DNA of 36,588 bases, taken from positions 1 through 36,588 of the forward strand of contig JAGLLX010000002.1 of assembly GCA_023140255.1 (NCBI GenBank), read 5' to 3'. Source of the stretch: Minisyncoccota bacterium (GTDB lineage: Bacteria > Patescibacteriota > Minisyncoccia > Phycocordibacterales > UBA12079). The position numbers and the translations under genes were made by a program. This document shows, one piece after another, positions 1-7,807 of the stretch. Positions within the stretch are counted from its first letter, which is position 1, and every line of letters begins with the position of its first letter. The notes beneath the pieces are model-generated. The model worked only from the letters and a program-made list of their open reading frames with translations. It had not been told where the DNA came from and made no database searches.

Positions 1-19
1 ATTGATAGTTTTTTTAATT

Positions 20-295
20 TTATTCCTCAATTTTTATTGCCTTACCTTCAGTTAAAGCTACTGTAATTTTTTCATAAGCAGAATTTAAAATTCTTTGAAA
101 AGTGCTGGTGGAAGTATCCATCTTAACTGCACAAGCTTGTTGGTCTAATTTTTTTATATTTTTTAGACGCAAAGCTTCAATTTCTTCTTTACTTAATTTT
201 ATTATTTCTAATAAGTTCATTTGTACTCCTTGAGGTTTGAAGTAAGCAATTTGAGGAGAAAAATTTACTCTCCTTTGTAATCTTGGTCTAGGCAT
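20..295 (-). CDS. DUF134 family predicted DNA-binding protein
   Basis: MPRP..R.V...P...YFKP.G, EEIEALRL, A..M..S..TF.RIL..A..KI..AL.EGKAI.IE: typical DUF134 pattern. Confidence 0.9.
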   Translation of the reverse strand: MPRPRLQRRVNFSPQIAYFKPQGVQMNLLEIIKLSKEEIEALRLKNIKKLDQQACAVKMDTSTSTFQRILNSAYEKITVALTEGKAIKIEE

Positions 296-362
296 AATTT
301 TTTTTATTTAAAAATATTTAACCCTGCTTATAAAGCAAGGCTAGATATTTTATTACTGGGAT

Positions 363-572
363 TTATCTGTTGCGTCGGCCAAAACCAAGTCGTCCGAAGA
401 AACCTTGTCTTCCTCGTCCAAAACCTCCTTGTTGTTCTAGGTTTCTTCCTTTTCCTTCTCCTCGTCCATCAAAAGGTCTTGCTTCTTGTGGTTTAGCGTC
501 ATCGCATTTTCCCATTTGGGCTCCTGTCTTAGGACCTTTTCCTGCAGGACCTGTTCCATCAAATTTAGGCAT
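363..572 (-). CDS. DUF5320 family Gly/Arg-rich small protein
   Basis: N-terminal MP.FDGTGP.G.GP.TG..MG.C motif with GRG-rich tail; usual neighbour of DUF134. Confidence 0.85.
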   Translation of the reverse strand: MPKFDGTGPAGKGPKTGAQMGKCDDAKPQEARPFDGRGEGKGRNLEQQGGFGRGRQGFFGRLGFGRRNR

Positions 573-786
573 AATAATATTTTAGTAAGTTAGGTTATTA
601 GATAAACTTAGATTTTAGGAATGAGTTTTTGTTTTGCAAAAATTCATTTCTGTAAGTTTACCGAGTAATCTAGAAAGAATAAACTTTCTTTTATTCTTTT
701 TTCTTACTGATTAATCTTTTTATAAAATCGACTTTTATAATTAAGAGTATATACCCATAATAAATTAAAGTCAAGGAAATTTAAAT

Positions 787-810
787 TCCAAAGTCCTCGA
801 GGACTTTGGA
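787..810. repeat. Perfect 24-bp palindrome
   Basis: TCCAAAGTCCTC|GAGGACTTTGGA in a divergent intergenic region. Confidence 0.85.
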
Positions 811-968
811 GCTCGAAATTTTTTAAAAAAGTTTTTAAAAAAATAAATTTGCAAAAAAAGTTATCAACATATTTTTTTATTAAAAAAAGTTATAGAATTA
901 AGGTAACTAAGAAAAAAATAAAAGTTGGTCGTTTTTATTTTTACTTTTAAATAATAATTATAAAAAAT

Positions 969-1190
969 ATGGTTAAAGCAAAAAAAGCTGTGAAAAGAAA
1001 AGTAGCAAAAAAAGCTCCTAAAAGAAAGGTAGCTAAAAAGACTACTAAAAGAAAAGCAGTTAAAAAAGTTACTAAAAGAAAGGTAGCTAAGAAACTAGTA
1101 AAGAGAAAAGTAGTAAAGAAGAAAGTTGTTAAGAGAAAAGTAGCTAAGAAGCCAGCAAAAAGAAAAGTAGTTCGTAGAAAGAAAAAATAG
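969..1190 (+). CDS. Histone H1-like Lys/Arg-rich nucleoid protein
   Basis: Tandem KRKVAKK-type repeats; followed by a terminator. Confidence 0.8.
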   Translation: MVKAKKAVKRKVAKKAPKRKVAKKTTKRKAVKKVTKRKVAKKLVKRKVVKKKVVKRKVAKKPAKRKVVRRKKK

Positions 1191-1235
1191 AAACTTTTTA
1201 CTTAAAAACACCAGTCAGAAATGACTGGTGTTTTT
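1179..1235 (+). repeat. 57-bp direct repeat, copy 1 (KKK-stop plus terminator)
   Basis: aagaaaaaata(g/a)aaactttttacttaaaaacaccagtcagaaatgactggtgttttt; 56/57 identical to 3081-3137. Confidence 0.95.
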
Positions 1236-1237
1236 AA
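1202..1237 (+). terminator. Intrinsic terminator
   Basis: AAAAACACCAGTCA-GAAA-TGACTGGTGTTTTT hairpin with T-tract. Confidence 0.9.
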
Positions 1238-1263
1238 TTAAATGATTTATATTATAAATAATA

Positions 1264-1292
1264 TTGCTTTTTTAAATAAGCAGGTATACTAT
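1264..1292 (+). promoter_or_regulatory. Putative sigma70 promoter of the precursor peptide gene
   Basis: TTGCTT-N17-TACTAT. Confidence 0.5.
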
Positions 1293-1346
1293 GTGTAATA
1301 GTTGATTTTTTAATCATAATTGGGATAGGAAAGGAGGTGAATTCAT

Positions 1347-1493
1347 ATGGAAGGGAAATTAACGCAGGTTAAACCTCTTATTTTAGATTTTGCAGAAACT
1401 GTTAAAATCGTTTATGAGGGAGAACAACAGGTTGTTTTTGGAGGTACCTCAATCGGTACTCATGATGAACCTGATTCTGCTGGTTTAGACTAA
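1347..1493 (+). CDS. Putative graspetide (ATP-grasp RiPP) precursor, 48 aa, absent from the ORF track
   Basis: Strong SD AAGGAGGTGA at 1331-1340; translates MEGKLTQVKPLILDFAETVKIVYEGEQQVVFGGTSIGTHDEPDSAGLD*; leader KPLILDFAE, GG, then Thr/Ser followed by Asp/Glu; directly upstream of the ATP-grasp ligase. Confidence 0.85.
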   Translation: MEGKLTQVKPLILDFAETVKIVYEGEQQVVFGGTSIGTHDEPDSAGLD

Positions 1494-1507
1494 ATGAAGG
1501 GATCTTT

Positions 1508-1540
1508 AAAAAGAGGGGCTTTTGAAGCACCCTCTTTTTT
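1508..1540 (+). terminator. Hairpin/leaky terminator between precursor and ligase genes
   Basis: AAAAAGAGGG-GC-loop-GC-A-CCCTCTTTTTT. Confidence 0.65.
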
Positions 1541-1572
1541 ATAGAAACTATTATATAAAGGAGGTTTGTTTT

Positions 1573-2502
1573 ATGATATTTATAATTGGAAATAGCAGAG
1601 ATTTAGTGGAACCCGTTGTTAGACATCTTCATAAAATTAGTAATGAAGAAGTTGTTATATTTAAGGCAGATCTTTGCCTTGAAAACGAAGGTGTTGGATT
1701 TTCTTTTATCAATAAGGAAATTGAAGTATTTTCAGATATTGGTATTTCAGAATATATTCTTAACAATGTTGAATCAGTATGGTTTTGGAAGCCAGTTTTA
1801 CCTAAGGTCCTAAGGGAATATTCTCCGCATGAAGAATCAGTTTTTATGTATCGACAGTTTTTGGCTTTATGGAGATCCCTAGCTTCACTTTTAAAAGAAG
1901 CTAGGTGGATTAATGATTATTATAAAATGCTCGAGGCTGAGCATAAACCTTTTCAGCTAAAAGTAGCACAAGATATGGGTTTTGTTATTCCTGACACCTT
2001 GATAACTTCTAATCCCGTTAGAGCTAAAGATTTTTGGAAATATTGTCAGGAAGAAATGATTGTTAAGACATTAACAACAAGTCTTCACGGGAATCGTATT
2101 ATTTTTACAAACAAGGTCACAGTAGAATTTATGAATAATATCGATAGACTTGTTTCTTCCCCTGTAATTTTCCAAAAGTTAATTAAGAAGAAGTTTGAAT
2201 TACGGATAACTGTGGTCGATAATAATGTTTTTGCTGCAGTTGTTAAAAGTTCATCAGAAATTGATTGGCGAAGGGGTTTAGGAGAAGCTTCTGTATTTGA
2301 ATTGCCTAGGAATATAAAACAACTTTGTGTTGATTATGTTTCAATGTTAGGTCTTCGGTTTGGGTGTATTGATATGATTATTACTCCTAATAATGAATAT
2401 TGTTTTTTAGAAATTAATCCAAATGGTCAATGGAAATTTATAGAGGAGCGCACAAAGCTTCCTATTGGAAAAGCTATTGCTTCTGCCTTAATTTCTAAAT
2501 AA
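1573..2502 (+). CDS. MvdC/MvdD-like (RimK-family) ATP-grasp peptide maturase
   Basis: WIN, K..QL..A...GF.IPDTLITSN, FQ..I.KK.ELRITVV, IDWR, LGLRFGCIDMI, FLEINPNGQW motifs; start moved to ATG 1573 behind SD AAGGAGG. Confidence 0.92.
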   Translation: MIFIIGNSRDLVEPVVRHLHKISNEEVVIFKADLCLENEGVGFSFINKEIEVFSDIGISEYILNNVESVWFWKPVLPKVLREYSPHEESVFMYRQFLALWRSLASLLKEARWINDYYKMLEAEHKPFQLKVAQDMGFVIPDTLITSNPVRAKDFWKYCQEEMIVKTLTTSLHGNRIIFTNKVTVEFMNNIDRLVSSPVIFQKLIKKKFELRITVVDNNVFAAVVKSSSEIDWRRGLGEASVFELPRNIKQLCVDYVSMLGLRFGCIDMIITPNNEYCFLEINPNGQWKFIEERTKLPIGKAIASALISK

Positions 2503-2508
2503 AAAACT

Positions 2509-2537
2509 AAGAAGGGTCTGGACAACCCTTCTTTTTT
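2509..2537 (+). terminator. Intrinsic terminator after the ligase gene
   Basis: AAGAAGGGT-loop-ACCCTTCTTTTTTT. Confidence 0.7.
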
Positions 2538-2555
2538 ATGTGTATAATGTAAACT

Positions 2556-3092
2556 ATGAATAAACAACTTAAATCAGATATATCTAAATATGTAACTCAA
2601 GATCAATATATAAGGAATTTATCTCTAAAATTTCCTAAAATAAAGGAATTGTGTTCAGAAGTGATTATCCAAGATGCTGTAACTAGAAAATTTGTTAAAA
2701 AAGTTTTAAATAAACATAAGTGGCCAACTATTTCATCAATCGGGGAAAAAACATCACATAATTTTTGGTTGTTAGTTCAACATATGGATAAAGATATTGT
2801 TTTACAAAAAAAAGCCTTAAGGTTTTTAGAGGAAGCTGTTGATAAAAATGAAGCAAACCCCAAAGATCATGCTTATTTAAAAGATAGAATTTTAGTTGCT
2901 GAGAATAAGAAACAGTTATATGGAACTCAATGGAAAATAGAAAACGGAGAATTATTTATGTTCTCGGTAAAAGATATTAAGAATTTAGAAAAAAGAAGAA
3001 AAGGTGTTGGTTTAACTATGGTAAATAAACAACAAGAACAATTAAAAAAAGAATATAAAAATATTTTAAAGAAAGTAATAAAGAAAAAATAA
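2556..3092 (+). CDS. DUF6624 family protein
   Basis: WP..S.IG, FWLLVQH.D, AYL.DRI, KQLYGTQ, RR..VGL; own TGTGTATAAT extended -10 at ~2539-2548. Confidence 0.8.
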   Translation: MNKQLKSDISKYVTQDQYIRNLSLKFPKIKELCSEVIIQDAVTRKFVKKVLNKHKWPTISSIGEKTSHNFWLLVQHMDKDIVLQKKALRFLEEAVDKNEANPKDHAYLKDRILVAENKKQLYGTQWKIENGELFMFSVKDIKNLEKRRKGVGLTMVNKQQEQLKKEYKNILKKVIKKK

Positions 3093-3137
3093 AAACTTTT
3101 TACTTAAAAACACCAGTCAGAAATGACTGGTGTTTTT
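3081..3137 (+). repeat. 57-bp direct repeat, copy 2 (includes terminator)
   Basis: Matches 1179-1235 with one mismatch (TAG versus TAA stop). Confidence 0.95.
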
Positions 3138-3203
3138 TTATTTGGTTTTTAGAAAAATTAAAAGGGAGAAAAGAAATATCTTTTCTCCCTCCCTTTTTTG
3201 TTC

Positions 3204-3446
3204 CTAGCAACATTTTTCTTCCAGTTTACAGACCATTGATTCTATTAATTCAGGCAAGTCATCAACAGAAAGAAAGCTTTCCTCTGAGTCAAGGATTAAA
3301 GTAGATAACCACTGATCTATGTTCCCGCTTATCCAAAGTAACACTCCGTCTCGATTTTCTTTAAGATTCTTTACTAACTTTTCCTTGGTGCTGTTAGATA
3401 TAATTTTCTCCGTGATTTTTTCAATCACTTCTTCAATCTTAATCAT
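3204..3446 (-). CDS. Hypothetical protein (80 aa)
   Basis: Likely start MIKIEEVIEK behind strong SD AAGGAGGAGG; hairpin downstream at ~3160-3190. Confidence 0.6.
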   Translation of the reverse strand: MIKIEEVIEKITEKIISNSTKEKLVKNLKENRDGVLLWISGNIDQWLSTLILDSEESFLSVDDLPELIESMVCKLEEKCC

Positions 3447-3681
3447 TTCCTCCTCCTTTTTTACTTGAGTACTGCTTAACTTTAAGTTACAAAATTCTAA
3501 ATTGAGTATATTGATTAATCTAACAAAAGTCAATAAAAATATTACTAAGATGGGACTCGGTCACGAGTTACTAATTATTTTCATTCATTTCACTCTGAAA
3601 ACAATAAGTACTCTTGACCCCGACTCAGAAAATTTCGGATTTTTTTCCGTCTTTCGGTTCCCACCACCTATTTCTTTACGA

Positions 3682-3720
3682 TAATTAAAAAAACTAGCTT
3701 AATGCTAGTTTTTTTAATTA
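3682..3720 (-). terminator. Terminator after tmRNA
   Basis: TAATTAAAAAAACTAGC-loop-GCTAGTTTTTTTAATTA. Confidence 0.85.
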
Positions 3721-3723
3721 TAG

Positions 3724-4142
3724 TGGAGACGGTGGGAATCGAACCCACGTGTGAATAATTTTTTTACTATGACTCTACAATATATAGTTTATTTTTATGT
3801 TTGAATAAAAAAGTCTAAAATAAACAAAACCTTTTTTATCGATTTTCTGAGTTTCGGAAACTTGGCGAAAAAATCAAATCTCTATATCCTGAAAATATTA
3901 TGCCGAAATAGATTATCCAGAAGTTCATCTATATGACACCAGTCGCATTAAAGCGAATTATGGTCTGTCCGCTTAACGAATTAAGCGAATGCCAATGCTG
4001 GAGCAGTGAAGTAAGGCGAAGCCATCTTTCCTGCTGTTTTAGTTAAGTCTGCACTTAAACTGTTCTACTGTTTTACGAGCTTAATAGAATACTCGATATT
4101 GCACATAATAAAAGGCAATTACCAGCGAAGCCGATCATCCCC
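3724..4142 (-). ncRNA. ssrA: tmRNA
   Basis: 5' GGGGAUGAUCGGCUUCG; 3' GUGGGUUCGAUUCCCACCGUCUCCA; G3:U acceptor pair; tag ORF 4052-3981 ADLTKTAGKMASPYFTAPALAFA*; directly downstream of smpB. Confidence 0.95.
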
Positions 4143-4176
4143 ATATTTTTTATGTTTATATTTAATTGTAAAAGAA

Positions 4177-4629
4177 CTACTTAAGTTTCTCTTTCATTTC
4201 TCTGTCAGAGTCTCTTTTCATGTCTTTCTTTTTAATATCCTCTCGGTGGTCGTATTTTTTCTTTCCTCGTACAATAGCGATTTCCACCTTGATTTTATTT
4301 CCTTTATTATACATTGATAAAGGTATTATTGTCAATCCTTTTTGATCTTCTTTTTGCATTAAAGCTTCAATTTCTTTTTTATTTAAAAGTAAAGTTCTGT
4401 TTTTCTTTGGGTCATAGCTTTCAGGAGTGTTATTAGGTTGATATGGTGGAATATCTAAGTTAAAAATGATAGCTTCTCCTCCACGAATACTAATATGAGA
4501 GCCATCTAAAGATCCTTTGTTGTTTTTTATTGATTTTGCTTCAAAACCAAGCAGTTTGATACCTGCTTCAAATTTTTCTAAAATTTCATATTTTAGACTA
4601 GCTTTTTTATTTTTTATATAAGTAGCCAT
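4177..4629 (-). CDS. smpB: SsrA-binding protein
   Basis: NKKA..YEILE.FEAGI.L.G.E.KS, LLL.K.EI, GKK.YD.RE. Confidence 0.98.
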   Translation of the reverse strand: MATYIKNKKASLKYEILEKFEAGIKLLGFEAKSIKNNKGSLDGSHISIRGGEAIIFNLDIPPYQPNNTPESYDPKKNRTLLLNKKEIEALMQKEDQKGLTIIPLSMYNKGNKIKVEIAIVRGKKKYDHREDIKKKDMKRDSDREMKEKLK

Positions 4630-4677
4630 GAATGAATGATAGCATAATTTTGGCTATGAATGTATAATAAGCGCATC

Positions 4678-6624
4678 ATGGCTAAGAAAAAAAACATAAA
4701 AAATAATAACAAAAAAACTAAAAAAAATCAGAAAAAATCTCTTTTTAATCTTAATTTTAATAAAAAACCTTCAAAATTAGGATTCATAGGGAATCTTTTT
4801 AATGTAATTATTGTTTTTCTTTTAATCCTAACTATTTATTCTATGTTTTCTGATGAAAGAAAGGATATTGAAGAAATTTCTATTTCTGAATTAGTCGAAA
4901 GTGTTTCTATCGGAGAAGTACAAAGTATTGAAGTGTCTGGAGAAAAATTATCTGTTTTATATAAAGATGAAACCACTAAAGAGGCAAAAAAAGAAATGGA
5001 ATCATCCTTATCTGAATCTTTGATAAATTATGGGGTAAGTACTGAAGAGTTAAAGACAATTGATATCATTATTAAGAAAGAAAGTGGTTTTCAGTATGTT
5101 TTGTTTATGTTAATTCCTTTTTTAATCCCGATTTTATTTATTCTTATCTTTTTTTGGTTTATTTCAAGACAAGTTAAAGGTTCAAATATGCAAGCTTTTT
5201 CTTTTGGAAGTTCTAGAGCAAAACTAATTGATCCGAAAGATGCTAAACAAAAAATTACATTTAAAGATGTGGCTGGGGTGAAAGAACCAAAGGAGGAATT
5301 GTCTGAAATTGTAGATTTTTTAAAAAGTCCCAAAAAATTCTTAGATATTGGAGCTGAAATTCCTAAAGGTGTTCTTTTGATGGGGCCTCCTGGAACAGGA
5401 AAAACTTTGTTAGCTAGAGCTGTGGCAGGAGAAGCAAATGTTCCTTTCTTTTCTATTTCAGGTTCTGAATTTGTTGAAATGTTCGTTGGTGTGGGAGCTT
5501 CTAGAGTTAGAGATTTATTCAAGATAGCTAAAAAAATGTCACCGTCTATTATATTTATAGATGAGATTGATGCTGTTGGAAGAGCTAGGGGTGTTGGTAT
5601 GGGAGGAGGAAACGATGAACGAGAACAAACTTTAAATCAAATTTTAGTAGAAATGGACGGCTTTGACCCAAATGGGAAGGTAATTGTAATAGCTGCTACT
5701 AACAGACCTGATGTTTTAGATCCAGCTTTATTACGTCCGGGAAGATTTGATAGAAGAGTTTATATTGATGTGCCTGATAAAAAAGACAGACAAGCTATTT
5801 TAGAAATTCACTCTAAAAAGAAACCATTTACTGATGATGTGGATCTTGGAATTATTGCTCAAAGAACTCCTGGATTTTCTGGAGCTGACTTACATTCGTT
5901 AATGAATGAGGGTGCTATTTTAGCAGCTAGAGGAAATAATAAAAAAATCTCTCAAAAAGATTTAATTTCTTCTATTGAAAAAGTGATGCTTGGACCTGAA
6001 AGAAAAAGTCACATTATGACAGGTGAGGAGAAAAAAATAATTGCTTATCATGAAGTTGGGCATGCTTTATTGGCTACTTTATTACCAAATTCAGACCCGG
6101 TGCATAAAATTTCTGTAATTTCTAGAGGACAGGCTGCAGGTTACACTATTAAATTACCAGAAGAAGAAAAGAGTTTGTATTCTAAAAAATATTTCTTAGA
6201 TGATATAGGTGTTTCTTTAGGAGGTTATCTAACTGAAAAAATGATTTTTGGAGATATTACTACAGGAGCATCAAATGATTTACAAGTAGCTTCTAAGATA
6301 GCTAGAAATATGGTGACTAAATATGGGATGTCTGAAAAATTAGGACCGATTGCTTTTGAAAAATCCAATAAAATTTTATTACCTAATTATTCAAGTAGTG
6401 AAAAAAATTATTCAGATGAAACAGCTAGAGAAATAGATAATGAAGTTGAAGGAATTATAAATGGAGTAATGCAAAAAGCTAAAAATATTTTAGAAGAAAA
6501 CAGAAATGTTTTAGAAATAATTTCTAAAAAATTAATGGAGACAGAGACTTTAGAAAGAGAAGAGTATGAAGAGCTATTGATTTTAAATGGGATACAACCT
6601 AAAAAAGGATCATCAAAGTCTTAG
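4678..6624 (+). CDS. ftsH: ATP-dependent zinc metalloprotease FtsH
   Basis: Two TM helices, [28 protein letters not shown]; ATG 4678 preferred because 4660 overlaps TGTATAAT. Confidence 0.97.
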   Translation: MAKKKNIKNNNKKTKKNQKKSLFNLNFNKKPSKLGFIGNLFNVIIVFLLILTIYSMFSDERKDIEEISISELVESVSIGEVQSIEVSGEKLSVLYKDETTKEAKKEMESSLSESLINYGVSTEELKTIDIIIKKESGFQYVLFMLIPFLIPILFILIFFWFISRQVKGSNMQAFSFGSSRAKLIDPKDAKQKITFKDVAGVKEPKEELSEIVDFLKSPKKFLDIGAEIPKGVLLMGPPGTGKTLLARAVAGEANVPFFSISGSEFVEMFVGVGASRVRDLFKIAKKMSPSIIFIDEIDAVGRARGVGMGGGNDEREQTLNQILVEMDGFDPNGKVIVIAATNRPDVLDPALLRPGRFDRRVYIDVPDKKDRQAILEIHSKKKPFTDDVDLGIIAQRTPGFSGADLHSLMNEGAILAARGNNKKISQKDLISSIEKVMLGPERKSHIMTGEEKKIIAYHEVGHALLATLLPNSDPVHKISVISRGQAAGYTIKLPEEEKSLYSKKYFLDDIGVSLGGYLTEKMIFGDITTGASNDLQVASKIARNMVTKYGMSEKLGPIAFEKSNKILLPNYSSSEKNYSDETAREIDNEVEGIINGVMQKAKNILEENRNVLEIISKKLMETETLEREEYEELLILNGIQPKKGSSKS

Positions 6625-6639
6625 TGTATTAAAATAAAG

Positions 6640-7317
6640 ATGTCTTTTTCAAAAAAACTAACAATAAAAATTCTTCAAAAAATTATCACTATTATTGTGG
6701 CCTTATTTGTTATTTATATTGCTGGTTTAGCCACTGGCTCAGGGATAAATATACTAAATATTGATACTAGTTCGTTAGATTTTGAACGTATACTTTTTAT
6801 TCCAGGGGTTAGTACTTCTGCTTCAGAATTAAATCGTTGGAAAAGGGATTTAGCTTTTAATTTCCCTGAGGAAGAAATTATTTTTTTAGATGAGATTTTT
6901 TATTTTCATTGGCAGGACGAAAAAACAGAAAAAATTGTAGAAAAAGGGATTAAGGTTTTGGATGATGGGAAAAGTACTTTAATTATTGCTCATAGTTATG
7001 GAGGGATATTAGCTAAAACTATTATTAATAAGTCTGAAAATGAAAATGTGGTTAAGTTAATTACAATGGCTTCGCCTCATACAATGGAATCCTTTGGAAT
7101 AGATGATTCAAAAGAATTTTTAAATACTCCAGATGAAGTAACTGTTCCTACTTATTCTTTTGGTGGTTATATTGATCCAATAGTTTTCTTTACTAAAAGT
7201 GATGTAGAAGATTCTGAACATTTAGATTTATGGTCAAATCATAATGGTTTTTTATCTAATAAAGATATAAGAAGAAAGGTGTTATTTTTTGCATTAGGTT
7301 TAAATTATACGGAATAG
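6640..7317 (+). CDS. Membrane-anchored alpha/beta hydrolase
   Basis: N-terminal TM, AHSYGG nucleophile elbow, LITMASPH, D..V and late His. Confidence 0.75.
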   Translation: MSFSKKLTIKILQKIITIIVALFVIYIAGLATGSGINILNIDTSSLDFERILFIPGVSTSASELNRWKRDLAFNFPEEEIIFLDEIFYFHWQDEKTEKIVEKGIKVLDDGKSTLIIAHSYGGILAKTIINKSENENVVKLITMASPHTMESFGIDDSKEFLNTPDEVTVPTYSFGGYIDPIVFFTKSDVEDSEHLDLWSNHNGFLSNKDIRRKVLFFALGLNYTE

Positions 7318-7387
7318 AATTGATTTCAGAAGGAATTTAAGCTAATATTTTACCTATCTACTAATATGTGTTATTGAAAAGTTGTGT

Positions 7388-7405
7388 GGGCGGATAGCTC
7401 AGTTG
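7388..7405 (+). pseudogene. 5' fragment of tRNA-Ile ending in the D-loop
   Basis: GGGCGGATAGCTCAGTTG versus GGGCGTATAGCTCAGTTG; shared TTGTGT leader; GTAGAGCTTATA resumes at 7500-7511. Confidence 0.8.
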
Positions 7406-7542
7406 AAGGAAAAACAATCTTCTTTGTTTTTCATCCGATTTTTCTATAAGAAAAAATTTCCGTTATTGAGCGAAGCGAGATAGGAAATAGGGAGGAAGTG
7501 TAGAGCTTATAATTTCAAGTGAGGGTAATTAGAAATTTGTGT

Positions 7543-7615
7543 GGGCGTATAGCTCAGTTGGTAGAGCGCGGAGCTTATACCTCCGTGGTCCCAGGTTCGA
7601 GTCCTGGTACGCCCA
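7543..7615 (+). tRNA. tRNA-Ile(UAU)
   Basis: Acceptor GGGCGTA/TACGCCC, anticodon arm CGGAG-CTTATAC-CTCCG, T-arm CCAGG-TTCGAGT-CCTGG; CCA not encoded. Confidence 0.95.
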
Positions 7616-7659
7616 CACACATTTTTAGTTTACCCGAACGATGGAATTATATCGGTAGA

Positions 7660-7701
7660 TATACCTCTGTGGTCCCAGGTTCGAGTCCTGGCACACGCAC
7701 A
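7660..7701 (+). pseudogene. 3'-half duplicate of tRNA-Ile (att-like scar)
   Basis: TATACCTCTGTGGTCCCAGGTTCGAGTCCTGGCACACGCACA begins at the anticodon loop; 4 mismatches to the tRNA. Confidence 0.85.
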
Positions 7702-7709
7702 AAAATATT

Positions 7710-7738
7710 AAAAACCAAAGCGTTTAGCTTTGGTTTTT
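7710..7738 (+). terminator. Terminator after tRNA-Ile
   Basis: AAAAACCAAAGC-loop-GCTTTGGTTTTT. Confidence 0.85.
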
Positions 7739-7807
7739 AATTGCATTTGTTAAGGTTCTTTGCTAATGTCTAAATTAGATATGTAATTTTAAATAAGGGA
7801 GGGGAAA

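Noticed and set aside
370-585. 71-aa plus-strand Pro-rich ORF
   Set aside because: Antisense shadow of the Gly-rich DUF5320 gene
1522-1572. TTG-start N-terminal extension of the ATP-grasp ligase
   Set aside because: Starts inside a hairpin; SD-led ATG at 1573 is better
3502-4317. ORFs 3502-3684 and 4099-4317
   Set aside because: Overlap a hairpin element or lie antisense to tmRNA/smpB; no recognisable features
7519-7740. ORF with repeated YTSVVPGSSPGT
   Set aside because: Translation of tRNA-Ile and its 3'-half duplicate
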